A stretch of 64,000 bases of DNA from an uncultured archaeon (GTDB lineage: Archaea; Aenigmatarchaeota; Aenigmatarchaeia; CG10238-14; SCSR01), in assembly GCA_964539655.1 (NCBI GenBank), contig CAZIJH010000002.1:80813-144812 (forward strand), in the 5' to 3' direction. The number at the start of each line of letters is the position of its first letter. Positions within the stretch are counted from its first letter, which is position 1. Below, in pieces: positions 10,082 to 17,972 of this stretch. Below the pieces are notes generated by a model. The model did no database searches. It saw nothing but the letters and a program-made list of their open reading frames with translations, and was not told the origin of the DNA. A program made the position numbers and the translations under genes.

Positions 10082-10831
10082 ATGGTTAAGGTGGGCAGAT
10101 TCGGGGCAGGGAAGAGAGTAAGCAAGTCGGTAGAATTTGGAGGAAGAAAGATAGACTACGTTCTCGAGAGGAGGAAAGTGAGGAACGCCAGGTTGCATTT
10201 TAGTGCCGGCAGATTTTTGGTCGTGATCCCGGACAGGCTCAAGGACGGATCGGAAGTGGATTTCCTGCGCGAGAAAAGAAAATGGATACTCAAAAAATAC
10301 GCGATGCTCGAGAATGTCTCGTCTATCGTAAATTCCGACATGCGGGAGAACAGGATGCCGATACTCGGCGACCATTATCAAATAGCCCCGTCGGAAAAAT
10401 TTTCGTTCGACAAAGGTTCCAAAATGCTGAACATGGATTTTCAAAACCGCAGGCACGTCGGCAAGCTCGGAAAAATCTTGAAGAATATCCTGTGCGAAGA
10501 AATAGATCGCGTGCTCAAAAAATACAGCGGGCTCACCGGCGGGAAAAAATTCACGCTATCTGTAAGAAAGCAAAGAACAAGATGGGCGAGCTGCTCGCCG
10601 TATGACGGAAGGATGAGCTTCAACCTGAGAATGGCGTTCATCCCGAAAGATTTGGTGGAATACATCATATTCCACGAGCTTACACATGACAAGGAAATCC
10701 ACCACAATTCGAAATTTTACAAGATCATATCGGACAGGTTCCCGAACTTCAAGGACTACGAGAAGGAGCTGAACAAGCACTGGCTGCTTTCGTACATGTA
10801 CCTGAAAAATTTTTTTCTCGTGAAAAATTAA
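10082..10831 (+). CDS. YgjP-like metal-dependent hydrolase (DUF45 / M48-like)
   Basis: C-terminal motif YIIFHELTHDKEIHHNSKFYKII matches the DUF45 HExxH...H..F(W/Y) signature. Size is about 250 aa. Confidence 0.7.
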   Translation: MVKVGRFGAGKRVSKSVEFGGRKIDYVLERRKVRNARLHFSAGRFLVVIPDRLKDGSEVDFLREKRKWILKKYAMLENVSSIVNSDMRENRMPILGDHYQIAPSEKFSFDKGSKMLNMDFQNRRHVGKLGKILKNILCEEIDRVLKKYSGLTGGKKFTLSVRKQRTRWASCSPYDGRMSFNLRMAFIPKDLVEYIIFHELTHDKEIHHNSKFYKIISDRFPNFKDYEKELNKHWLLSYMYLKNFFLVKN

Positions 10832-10900
10832 ATTACAATTTCCCAGTCTCTCACCCACGTGTCAAGCATTTAAAATTCACATTCCAATTTTTTGATTGGT

Positions 10901-11365
10901 ATGCTCAATTACAATTCGGAAAGCGAGAACGTGTTCAGCCAATGGGCGGTCGACATCCTTGACATATTGCGCGACTGCTACGCCGACATTTGTTTCGACG
11001 TCCCCTCCGGCATGAAGATTCAGGACATTGCGATGAGGATCCCTTTCAAGTACGGCAACATAAGGGGAGTCGATCTGGAAGACGCGCTGACGATGCTGTA
11101 CGTGGCCGGGCTCGTCGACATAAAGTCCCTGCGGAACGGTCTGGAATATTTCAGGCTGACGCGCGACGGGAACGAATTTGCCGAGCTCTTCTCGAACAAT
11201 GAAACGAGGACGGAATCGTTCACTCGTCTAATTAGCATGACGATGAAGCTGGACGACGTCATCAACGATGTCGGAGTAGACAAAAGCAGGTACGAGCAGA
11301 GGGTAGTCGGGCTGCTGACAGACTTCTACAAAATCGCGGACGCGCACAAGCCTTCCGTAAGTTAA
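10901..11365 (+). CDS. Hypothetical protein (possible wHTH)
   Basis: ORF 10892..11365, with ATG at 10901. LEDALTMLYVAGLVDIKSLRNGLEYFRLTRDG resembles a winged helix. Confidence 0.35.
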   Translation: MLNYNSESENVFSQWAVDILDILRDCYADICFDVPSGMKIQDIAMRIPFKYGNIRGVDLEDALTMLYVAGLVDIKSLRNGLEYFRLTRDGNEFAELFSNNETRTESFTRLISMTMKLDDVINDVGVDKSRYEQRVVGLLTDFYKIADAHKPSVS

Positions 11366-11436
11366 GCTCCAACTGCGAAATTGCCACTCATGCAAGTTAC
11401 AAATCTTTATATTTAGATGATACCAAATGGTATCAT

Positions 11437-11715
11437 ATGAGCCAGATAAACCTTAGGCTTCCCAGAGATCTCAGGCGCGAAGCCGAGAGGTACGTGAAAA
11501 GGCACGGATACAAGAGCATACAGGACCTCACCAAACAAGTCTTGAGGGAAAAAATTCTGCAAGAAGAAAGCGAGAAGGAGACCAGGGAAATAATGAGGAA
11601 CAAGGAACTTCTCGAGAGCATCAAAAGGTCGACCGACGACATCAGGCACGGCCGCGCACACACATTCGAAAAAATGAACGATCTCAGAGACAGATACCAA
11701 AAAGGCAAAAAATGA
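11437..11715 (+). CDS. Type II antitoxin, ribbon-helix-helix (RelB/CopG-like)
   Basis: The N-terminus MSQINLRLPRDLRREAERYVKRHGYKSIQDLTKQVLREKI fits an RHH fold. Its stop overlaps the start of a RelE-like toxin (ATGA). Confidence 0.65.
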   Translation: MSQINLRLPRDLRREAERYVKRHGYKSIQDLTKQVLREKILQEESEKETREIMRNKELLESIKRSTDDIRHGRAHTFEKMNDLRDRYQKGKK

Positions 11716-11957
11716 GATTCCAGGTTTCAAAAGAGCTCGACGAAATCTTGCGGAAGCTCGACAGGAATTTGCGCGAACAGGTTTTCAAAAAAATCGAGAA
11801 GATATTGTCGCACCCCGAACTCGGGAAACCGCTTTCAAACGAGTTGGCAAGTTACAGGAGCGAACGCGTCGGAAAGTTCAGGCTGATTTACAGGACCGAA
11901 AGCGATCTGATAATTTTCCACACATCCGAGCACAGGAAGAAAGCATACGGAAGGTAA
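11712..11957 (+). CDS. relE: Type II toxin, RelE/ParE superfamily
   Basis: 81 aa. ...HPELGKPLSNELASYRSERVGKFRLIYRTESDLIIFHTSEHRKKAY matches the RelE/StbE pattern G.pL.g.l.g.yr.RvG.yRiiY....i.i..i.hR..aY. Confidence 0.8.
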   Translation: MRFQVSKELDEILRKLDRNLREQVFKKIEKILSHPELGKPLSNELASYRSERVGKFRLIYRTESDLIIFHTSEHRKKAYGR

Positions 11958-12443
11958 TCAGTTGAGCTGCCACAGGTAGAAGTTAAGAAGAGTCGCGACG
12001 CTCACCCAGATCATGTAAGGAACGAGAAGCCACGCGGCCTTTTTCGAAATTTTGTAGAACGCGATGATTGTCGCGGCTATCGATAACCACATGGCGATTA
12101 TCACGAGCAGTCCGCCGAAGATGTCGCGCATCCCGAAAAACACTATGGACCATGCCGCGTTCAGCGAGAGCTGCGCTCCGAAAACGTACAGCGCATTTCT
12201 GTTCTCGTTTTTCTTGAAACCCTTCTGCCAGACAAGGTATAGAGAGATCCCCATCAGGGTGTAGAGAGCGATCCATACGGGACCGAACAGCCAGCTCGGC
12301 GGCGTGAAGATTGGCTTCGCCAATGACGCATACCATGTCGGAATGGAAGATATTGTGAAGACTGAACCGATGATCCCTGCGAGCTGGCAGATTATTATCG
12401 CTGCGACCAGCCTGGAAAAATTCACAGACTTTGGTTTCAGCAT
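11958..12443 (-). CDS. tspO: TspO/MBR family tryptophan-rich sensory protein
   Basis: 161 aa with five hydrophobic helices. Motifs: WYASLAKPIFTPPSWLFGPVWIALYTLMG and NAAWSIVFFG. Confidence 0.85.
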   Translation of the reverse strand: MLKPKSVNFSRLVAAIIICQLAGIIGSVFTISSIPTWYASLAKPIFTPPSWLFGPVWIALYTLMGISLYLVWQKGFKKNENRNALYVFGAQLSLNAAWSIVFFGMRDIFGGLLVIIAMWLSIAATIIAFYKISKKAAWLLVPYMIWVSVATLLNFYLWQLN

Positions 12444-12549
12444 ATCATTAATTTAATTCCCTCAGTTAAAAAATATCGGGCAGTCCCTGTTTATTCCAGG
12501 GAGTTTGGACAATTTCTTTAAATACATGCGAGCACCATGAACATCTTCA

Positions 12550-13110
12550 GTGAGAAAGTTGGCGCGCAGGTTTTTCGTATGCGACGTGGTGGGCAGCGTA
12601 AGGGGACAGGACCTGGAGCAGCCCCTGAAGGAGATGTTCGGCAGGCTCGAATCCCAGGATTTCAAAGTGAACGTAGAACACATTCGTGCGGGCGGCGAAG
12701 ATTCGGGAGCGGACAACAACTTGACATCGATCGCATTTTACGCGGAGAAGGTTTCGGGGCTGAAGAAGATCGTCATCTCGACTGAAATTTTTCCAGACAG
12801 GGAATACGGCTATCTGAACATCGATTTTTCAAAACAGATGCGCGGGCCGTCTTACGCGAAGAAGGCGGAGGCGGTCGCCGGAATTGCCGGATTCGCGGGA
12901 ACGCTGCTCGCAACCGGGCCGCTGCAATACGCAAGCCTGATGGCGATGGGCGCGGGAGTCGCGGGAATGGGAGCACATTCTATATTCTCCGGGGATCTCA
13001 GCGACGACGACCCGGTAGTGGAGAGATTCGACGACGAATTCAATGAATGCGTCAGGCACCTGTACACGGCCAGGTCGGAAAAACGACACTACGTTCCGGT
13101 GCGCGCTTGA
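12550..13110 (+). CDS. Hypothetical protein with Gly/Ala-rich hydrophobic segment
   Basis: 186-aa ORF with a GTG start. AVAGIAGFAGTLLATGPLQYASLMAMGAGVAGMGA suggests a membrane or amphipathic segment. No recognised domain. Confidence 0.35.
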   Translation: MRKLARRFFVCDVVGSVRGQDLEQPLKEMFGRLESQDFKVNVEHIRAGGEDSGADNNLTSIAFYAEKVSGLKKIVISTEIFPDREYGYLNIDFSKQMRGPSYAKKAEAVAGIAGFAGTLLATGPLQYASLMAMGAGVAGMGAHSIFSGDLSDDDPVVERFDDEFNECVRHLYTARSEKRHYVPVRA

Positions 13111-13189
13111 AATAAAAATCCTATTGAATTCACACGTACTGTTTCCTGCAACGTAGGCTCGAATTTAAAGCTACCCGCATCATTAAATT

Positions 13190-13669
13190 TTGAGAAGGGT
13201 GGCCGAGGAAATAAGACACGCGCTGAAAGACATCAGGAAGGCGAAGAACAAAAAAGAACTGGAGTTCGCGGAAGTCCGCCTGGAGAGGGTTGAGAAGGAC
13301 CTGAAGAAGCTTCTCGACAGGGTGACGGACGATTGGAAATGCCTCGAGCTGAATCACGGCGGACACTCGAAGAACAGCATCTACAGTCTGGCGTCGAAGG
13401 CGTTTGCAAGATGGAAATATAACGAATTCACCCCGAAGCAGGCCATGCGTCTCGTGTACGAACTTGTCGAAGAAGCGAAGAACCGCAACGCGAGCGCGGA
13501 GGAAATAGGACAGATAAGGTCCAACTACCGGGCTATAGCGTACACCTGGCACACGAGGCTCTACGCGGAAGGCGTGCTGGAGAGGAAGCTGGGATGCGGG
13601 AAGGACCACGTGTACAGGTTCAGGGAGGAGGGCGCGGAGTTTCTGAGGAAGAGAACAAAACAATTTTAA
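13190..13669 (+). CDS. Hypothetical helical protein
   Basis: 159-aa ORF with protein-like composition (charged helical N-terminus). The overlapping minus-strand ORF 13130..13684 has an antisense-like L/R/P-rich composition. Confidence 0.4.
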   Translation: MRRVAEEIRHALKDIRKAKNKKELEFAEVRLERVEKDLKKLLDRVTDDWKCLELNHGGHSKNSIYSLASKAFARWKYNEFTPKQAMRLVYELVEEAKNRNASAEEIGQIRSNYRAIAYTWHTRLYAEGVLERKLGCGKDHVYRFREEGAEFLRKRTKQF

Positions 13670-13780
13670 GATTGCCATCACCAATGCGAATTCATTCCCT
13701 TGATTTTCTGTCTGTATGATAGGAATGATAATTAGATGGAATAAATAGAATAATTTAAATTGTAAAAAGTATTCTATATT

Positions 13781-14203
13781 ATGCTCACACTAAATTTAAA
13801 TATCGATAATCTTTTAGCAAGAATAACTCCTAATTTTTTTGTTATTCTCATCTTTTTTATTTCATTTTGTGCTGGGTTAATTCAATCAATCTATGGGTCG
13901 ATAGTAGATATAATAAATTTTAGAAATACAGGCGATTTAGCATTGCTTAGTCTTGGAATAACTTTATTCTTGTGGGCATTAGATAAATCGGGTGTTTTGG
14001 ATAATGAAAAATCAAAAATTCTTAAAAATTTATTAGTCGTAATATATGCAATCTTAGGTATTATTCTAATCGCTCTTGGGTCGACGAATTCTTTAATTAT
14101 TTTAGTTATAATGGGCCTTTTGGCAGAAGTTATTTTATTTTTGAAAATATACAAATATCTTCGCAATAGAAAAGAGAAAAATAATGTTCTTAAAACGGAC
14201 TGA
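13781..14203 (+). CDS. Hypothetical small membrane protein in an AT-rich patch
   Basis: 140 aa with about 4 hydrophobic helices (FFVILIFFISFCAGLI, LALLSLGITLFLWAL, LLVVIYAILGIILIALG, LIILVIMGLLAEVILFL). The surrounding DNA 13.69-14.34 kb is visibly AT-rich. Confidence 0.5.
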   Translation: MLTLNLNIDNLLARITPNFFVILIFFISFCAGLIQSIYGSIVDIINFRNTGDLALLSLGITLFLWALDKSGVLDNEKSKILKNLLVVIYAILGIILIALGSTNSLIILVIMGLLAEVILFLKIYKYLRNRKEKNNVLKTD

Positions 14204-14266
14204 TTTAAAATTAAAAATATTAGAAATTCAGAATGATTATAATAAAAAAATTTAGATAAAATTATT

Positions 14267-14329
14267 ATGACTGACGTATTTACAAAAGAGAAGCGCAGTT
14301 GTATAATGAACATGATAAGGAGCAAATAG
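14267..14329 (+). pseudogene. Relic of a vsr (very-short-patch repair endonuclease) N-terminus
   Basis: The 20-codon ORF MTDVFTKEKRSCIMNMIRSK* aligns with the N-terminus of the intact Vsr at 14986 (MTDIFSKQKRSWIMSRIRGK). It is truncated by a stop and is diverged at the nucleotide level (roughly 70% by eye). Confidence 0.6.
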
Positions 14330-14411
14330 ACTTTTCAGAAAAAGCTTGTTCACAATTGACTATCTTAGACTCGATTATCAAAATAAATTCTTGCCACTAC
14401 CAATAATCCTT

Positions 14412-14960
14412 ATGGTTGAAATCGTCGACCTGGTAAAAGTTGCCACGGATTTCAAAGAATCGAGATCCAGAAGCTTCAGAACCAGAGTCGGAGTCGCGCT
14501 TGAGACTTTCGACGGGAAAATTTATGGCGGGCACAACATCGAGACTTATTTCCTGGACGGATCGCTGCACGCCGAAAGGGTGGCGCTGGTCAGGGCGCTG
14601 GCGGACGGCTACAACGGGACGGACTTCAGAAGAATCGTGGTAGTCTTCCAGGACGCTGGCCACGACAAGGCGGAGATATTCCCCGCCTGCCTTTCGTGCT
14701 GGCAGTTCCTATGGGACTTCACCCATCCTTACCTCGAGATAATAAACGCGGACGTCTCGGGAAACATCCGCAGACAGACCAAGCTGAAAGACATATTCGC
14801 GCTGGATCACGGCTCCATATATCCGTCTAACAACACGCGCGCCGTGAAGCCGAGGAGCAACTCCGAGCCGAAGCTCCCGCTGAATTCAGAACTGCTGCCC
14901 TTTTACGAAAAGGACGCGGACTTCAGGAAATACTGCGACGAGATTCTGAAAGTGAAATAA
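14412..14960 (+). CDS. Cytidine/deoxycytidylate deaminase-fold protein (CDA superfamily)
   Basis: Zinc-binding signature H-A-E ... P-C-x-x-C: GSLHAERVALVRAL and IFPACLSCWQFL. ATG at 14412 within ORF 14346..14960. An extra C-terminal tail of about 50 aa exceeds a minimal CDA. Confidence 0.65.
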   Translation: MVEIVDLVKVATDFKESRSRSFRTRVGVALETFDGKIYGGHNIETYFLDGSLHAERVALVRALADGYNGTDFRRIVVVFQDAGHDKAEIFPACLSCWQFLWDFTHPYLEIINADVSGNIRRQTKLKDIFALDHGSIYPSNNTRAVKPRSNSEPKLPLNSELLPFYEKDADFRKYCDEILKVK

Positions 14961-14985
14961 GTTAATAAAATAATATTATAAATTT

Positions 14986-15381
14986 ATGACCGATATTTTC
15001 TCTAAGCAGAAAAGAAGCTGGATAATGAGCAGGATTAGAGGAAAAGACACCAAGATCGAGAAGCTTCTACAGTCGGAAATGAAAAAAGCCGGAATAAAAT
15101 TCAAGACGCATCCGAAAATTTCCGGAAATCCGGATTTTCTAGTCAGAGAAAAAATTGTTGTTTTTGTCGACGGATGTTTCTGGCATGGGTGCCCCAAACA
15201 TTACAGGCCGCCCAAAAGTAATGGAAAATTCTGGCTGCCAAAAATAAACAAAAATATGGAAAGGGACAGGAAAGTTACAAGACAGTTGCGTAAAACGGGA
15301 TACATAGTTGTTAGATTGTGGGAACATAATTTAGAGGATGATATCAGATTTTGCATAGGTAGAATATCAAAATTCGAGTAA
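14986..15381 (+). CDS. vsr: Very short patch repair endonuclease Vsr
   Basis: 131 aa. MTDIFSKQKRSWIMSRIRGKDTKIE ... PDFLVREKIVVFVDGCFWHGCPKHY is the Vsr signature. It lies beside a C5-cytosine methyltransferase. Confidence 0.9.
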   Translation: MTDIFSKQKRSWIMSRIRGKDTKIEKLLQSEMKKAGIKFKTHPKISGNPDFLVREKIVVFVDGCFWHGCPKHYRPPKSNGKFWLPKINKNMERDRKVTRQLRKTGYIVVRLWEHNLEDDIRFCIGRISKFE

Positions 15382-15557
15382 AATACCTCTTTTCGGAGTA
15401 CTAAATTGGCATATATCAAATTATCCCTAAAATAAAACGACGGGTTGCGACTTTTCCTGCATGGGTGATTGAATACACAGTCGTGCCCGTTTTAATTTTT
15501 TTTGTTAACCTTATGGAGTGCTATTTTCTTTTAAAGTCATATTACACAATTAAAATC

Positions 15558-16517
15558 ATGGTCAAAGAGATAATCAGAGATTTTCATAAGCTTCTCGCAT
15601 CGTCGATAAGAATTCCTCATTCTTACCTAAGGAGGTCCAGAGGTTTCGTAAGCGAATTGAAATTCAAGAGAAAATGCGAGGACGATAAAATAAAATATCT
15701 CGATGGTGGGTGGATATTCTTCAAAGGTGGTAGGCTGGCTGGTGAAAAGCAAACAGTTTATGTTACAACAACATTTGACGCACCTGACGGGTACAAAGAT
15801 TTTTATGAAAAATTATCGAGGTGTCCTCTTGTTAAAAGGCTATTCTTCCTTAAGATAGAACCTGCTGAAAAATGGGGGAAGACGAAGGTCAAAGCGAATC
15901 ATCAGTTGGAATTAGATATTCCGGAACCGTTGTTCGACGTGTACGAGTATAAAGACAGCAAATTCATAAAATCTAGACTCTCTGATTTCTTGGATTCATT
16001 CCAATTAATCAAACCGCCGTTATTCTACAGAATAGATACAAAGGACATATCTCTTCTGGAGTACCTTGACGAATTCTCGGAAAAAGAGTTGTCAGAATTG
16101 TACTGTGCCAGATTCGTTGTCGATTATCTCATGAAAGGCCGCGACATTAGCTATGGCATGGATTTTGACGGAATAATCATTGAAAACGGAAAATATTTTG
16201 TCGTCGAAACAAAGGAAAAGGATCCTGGGCCGAGTAACAGAAACCAAGTCGACAAATCGGAATGGTTTTTCGGATGGGACACGCTTCGAATAGTATGGTA
16301 TCTGTATCTGATCAAAACAACAGATATCAATTGCTACAGTACAATTCTCGAGATAAACAATCAAACCGATAGGAAGTTTGTTGCTTGGAAAAGATGCGAG
16401 CTTCTCAAACTTTGCAGATCTATAAATTACAGTTCTGCAATAGCTGGAGGTATTGGTATGGGAACCACAAAGGGTTCGACTACGATAGCGCCCTATTCGG
16501 TATTTGAAGAATTCTGA
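15558..16517 (+). CDS. Candidate type II restriction endonuclease (PD-(D/E)xK-like), partner of the adjacent C5-MTase
   Basis: Orphan ORF between vsr and dcm. It has a PD-(D/E)xK-like motif, MDFDGIIIENGKYFVVETKEKD (D ... E-x-K). It converges on the methyltransferase gene and overlaps its 3' end by 25 bp. ATG at 15558 preferred over the upstream alternative start at 15465. Confidence 0.5.
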   Translation: MVKEIIRDFHKLLASSIRIPHSYLRRSRGFVSELKFKRKCEDDKIKYLDGGWIFFKGGRLAGEKQTVYVTTTFDAPDGYKDFYEKLSRCPLVKRLFFLKIEPAEKWGKTKVKANHQLELDIPEPLFDVYEYKDSKFIKSRLSDFLDSFQLIKPPLFYRIDTKDISLLEYLDEFSEKELSELYCARFVVDYLMKGRDISYGMDFDGIIIENGKYFVVETKEKDPGPSNRNQVDKSEWFFGWDTLRIVWYLYLIKTTDINCYSTILEINNQTDRKFVAWKRCELLKLCRSINYSSAIAGGIGMGTTKGSTTIAPYSVFEEF

Positions 16518-17509
16518 AGACCCTTTTTAATTTCCTCGGCGACTGCTTTTGCAAGCAGACATGGAACAGCATTTCCTATCTGCCTGTACTGTTCCCTTTT
16601 GCTTCCGCAGAAAATAAAGTCATCCGGAAAACTCTGAACCCTCGCGGCTTCCAACGGAGTAAGCATCCTCATTTCATTCTCCGAGTATTTGACAAGCGCG
16701 TCCGACCCGTCCTTCCAATACCTTGCGGATATCGTATACGAAGGTTTGTTTAAATCGAGTATCTGAAAACCGAACCCCCTTCCCATTTTTTCGTTCCTAG
16801 CCTTTCTTTTCTTAAATCCTTCTATCATTCTAGGCGTATGGAAGAATTTTTTGTCAACCTTGCTTTTTGGAAGCAGTATTTCTTTTACAGGAACCCACGG
16901 TTCAATTTTTTGAAGGACGACGTTGGCCCTATACTTTTTGGAGTGTGTCGGCCTAGGATACGATATCGGTTTGTCCGTTCTTGTGCCTATGAAAATAACC
17001 CTCTTTCTTGTTTCCGGAACACCGTAATCCGCGGAGTTGAGTTTCCTGTGTTCTATTTTATATCCGAGTTTTTTGAACTCGTTTTCGATAATATCCCTTA
17101 CAAGCTTGCCTTCAGAAAGCCTGCTCGTAAGAATGCCCGGAACGTTTTCGATTACAACCCATTTTGGCCTCAGGTCCTTTACAAATCTTAGAAATTCTAT
17201 GAAAAGAGAGTTTCTTGGATCCTTCGGATCGCGCCTGCCAGCCATACTGAATCCCTGACACGGGGGGCCTCCGATAATAAGATCGACATTGCTCCTTCCA
17301 GTGGACTTTAGAAAATCTTTTGCATCGATCTTTTTTATATCGCCGCATACAGCCACAGAATTCGGATGATTTGTCTTGAATGTGTCTATGGAGTATTTGT
17401 CGAAATCTATTCCGCCGATTATCTCGAATCCCGCCATTTCGAACCCCTTGCTTAGGCCACCCGCACCGCAGAATAAATCCAACACTGTCGTTCTTTTCAT
17501 ACTTATCAC
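16493..17509 (-). CDS. dcm: DNA (cytosine-5)-methyltransferase
   Basis: All canonical C5-MTase motifs are present: I LFCGAGGLSKGF, IV GGPPCQGFS, VI ENVPGI, VIII ETRKRVIFIG, X QIGNAVP. Confidence 0.95.
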   Translation of the reverse strand: MISMKRTTVLDLFCGAGGLSKGFEMAGFEIIGGIDFDKYSIDTFKTNHPNSVAVCGDIKKIDAKDFLKSTGRSNVDLIIGGPPCQGFSMAGRRDPKDPRNSLFIEFLRFVKDLRPKWVVIENVPGILTSRLSEGKLVRDIIENEFKKLGYKIEHRKLNSADYGVPETRKRVIFIGTRTDKPISYPRPTHSKKYRANVVLQKIEPWVPVKEILLPKSKVDKKFFHTPRMIEGFKKRKARNEKMGRGFGFQILDLNKPSYTISARYWKDGSDALVKYSENEMRMLTPLEAARVQSFPDDFIFCGSKREQYRQIGNAVPCLLAKAVAEEIKKGLQNSSNTE

Positions 17510-17539
17510 ATAACGCTTTGATTTTATTTTAGCTTAACC

Positions 17540-17610
17540 CTACGTAGTTATCTACGTATAGATATTTTTATATTCGCTGGTATTTAAATGTTACGTAGGT
17601 GGCAACGTAG
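17540..17610. promoter_or_regulatory. Four ACGTA-core repeats plus TATA-like boxes between dcm and the AbrB-like mini-gene (putative operator/promoter)
   Basis: CTACGTAG (17540-17547, palindromic), CTACGTAT (17552-17559), TTACGTAG (17591-17598) and CAACGTAG (17603-17610). AT-rich TATA-like stretches are TATTTTTATAT (about 17563-17574) and TATTTAAAT (17581-17589). Confidence 0.45.
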
Positions 17611-17765
17611 TGATAAAAGTTAAACTTGTAAAACAGGGGTCGGGGGTTTACACAATAACAATCCCGAAAGCTATAGTGGAGGCACACAGCCTGTACGGAT
17701 CGGATTTCAACTTGGAGATTTCAGGAACCAAAATCATCTTGACCAAAGGTTCGAATAAAAAATAA
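17610..17765 (+). CDS. AbrB/MazE/SpoVT-type DNA-binding mini-protein (51 aa)
   Basis: Below the ORF-track size cutoff. My translation from GTG 17610 is VIKVKLVKQGSGVYTITIPKAIVEAHSLYGSDFNLEISGTKIILTKGSNKK*. The core YTITIPKAIVEAHSL resembles the swapped-hairpin AbrB motif (xVxIPKxIRexLgL). Confidence 0.5.
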   Translation: MIKVKLVKQGSGVYTITIPKAIVEAHSLYGSDFNLEISGTKIILTKGSNKK

Positions 17766-17972
17766 ATTTATAGCAGAACTGGGCAGTAGTTCCGTATAGC
17801 TCTATAGAAAAGTATTTCTGATTCAAATTATACTAATTTCTTAGAAAGGGGTGACAAAACAAGCAATAGAAAAGTTGAGGGAATGTGCAGTCATATTCGA
17901 ACCAACGAATCATGCACCACTTAGATAAAAATTTCTCTTGATACAATATAAACTTACTGTTCTTGAAGCATT

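Noticed and set aside
13130-13684. 184-aa minus-strand ORF competing with 13190..13669
   Set aside because: It has L/R/P/V-rich antisense-like composition, and the plus-strand frame reads like a normal helical protein. Neither has a recognised domain, so confidence is low either way.
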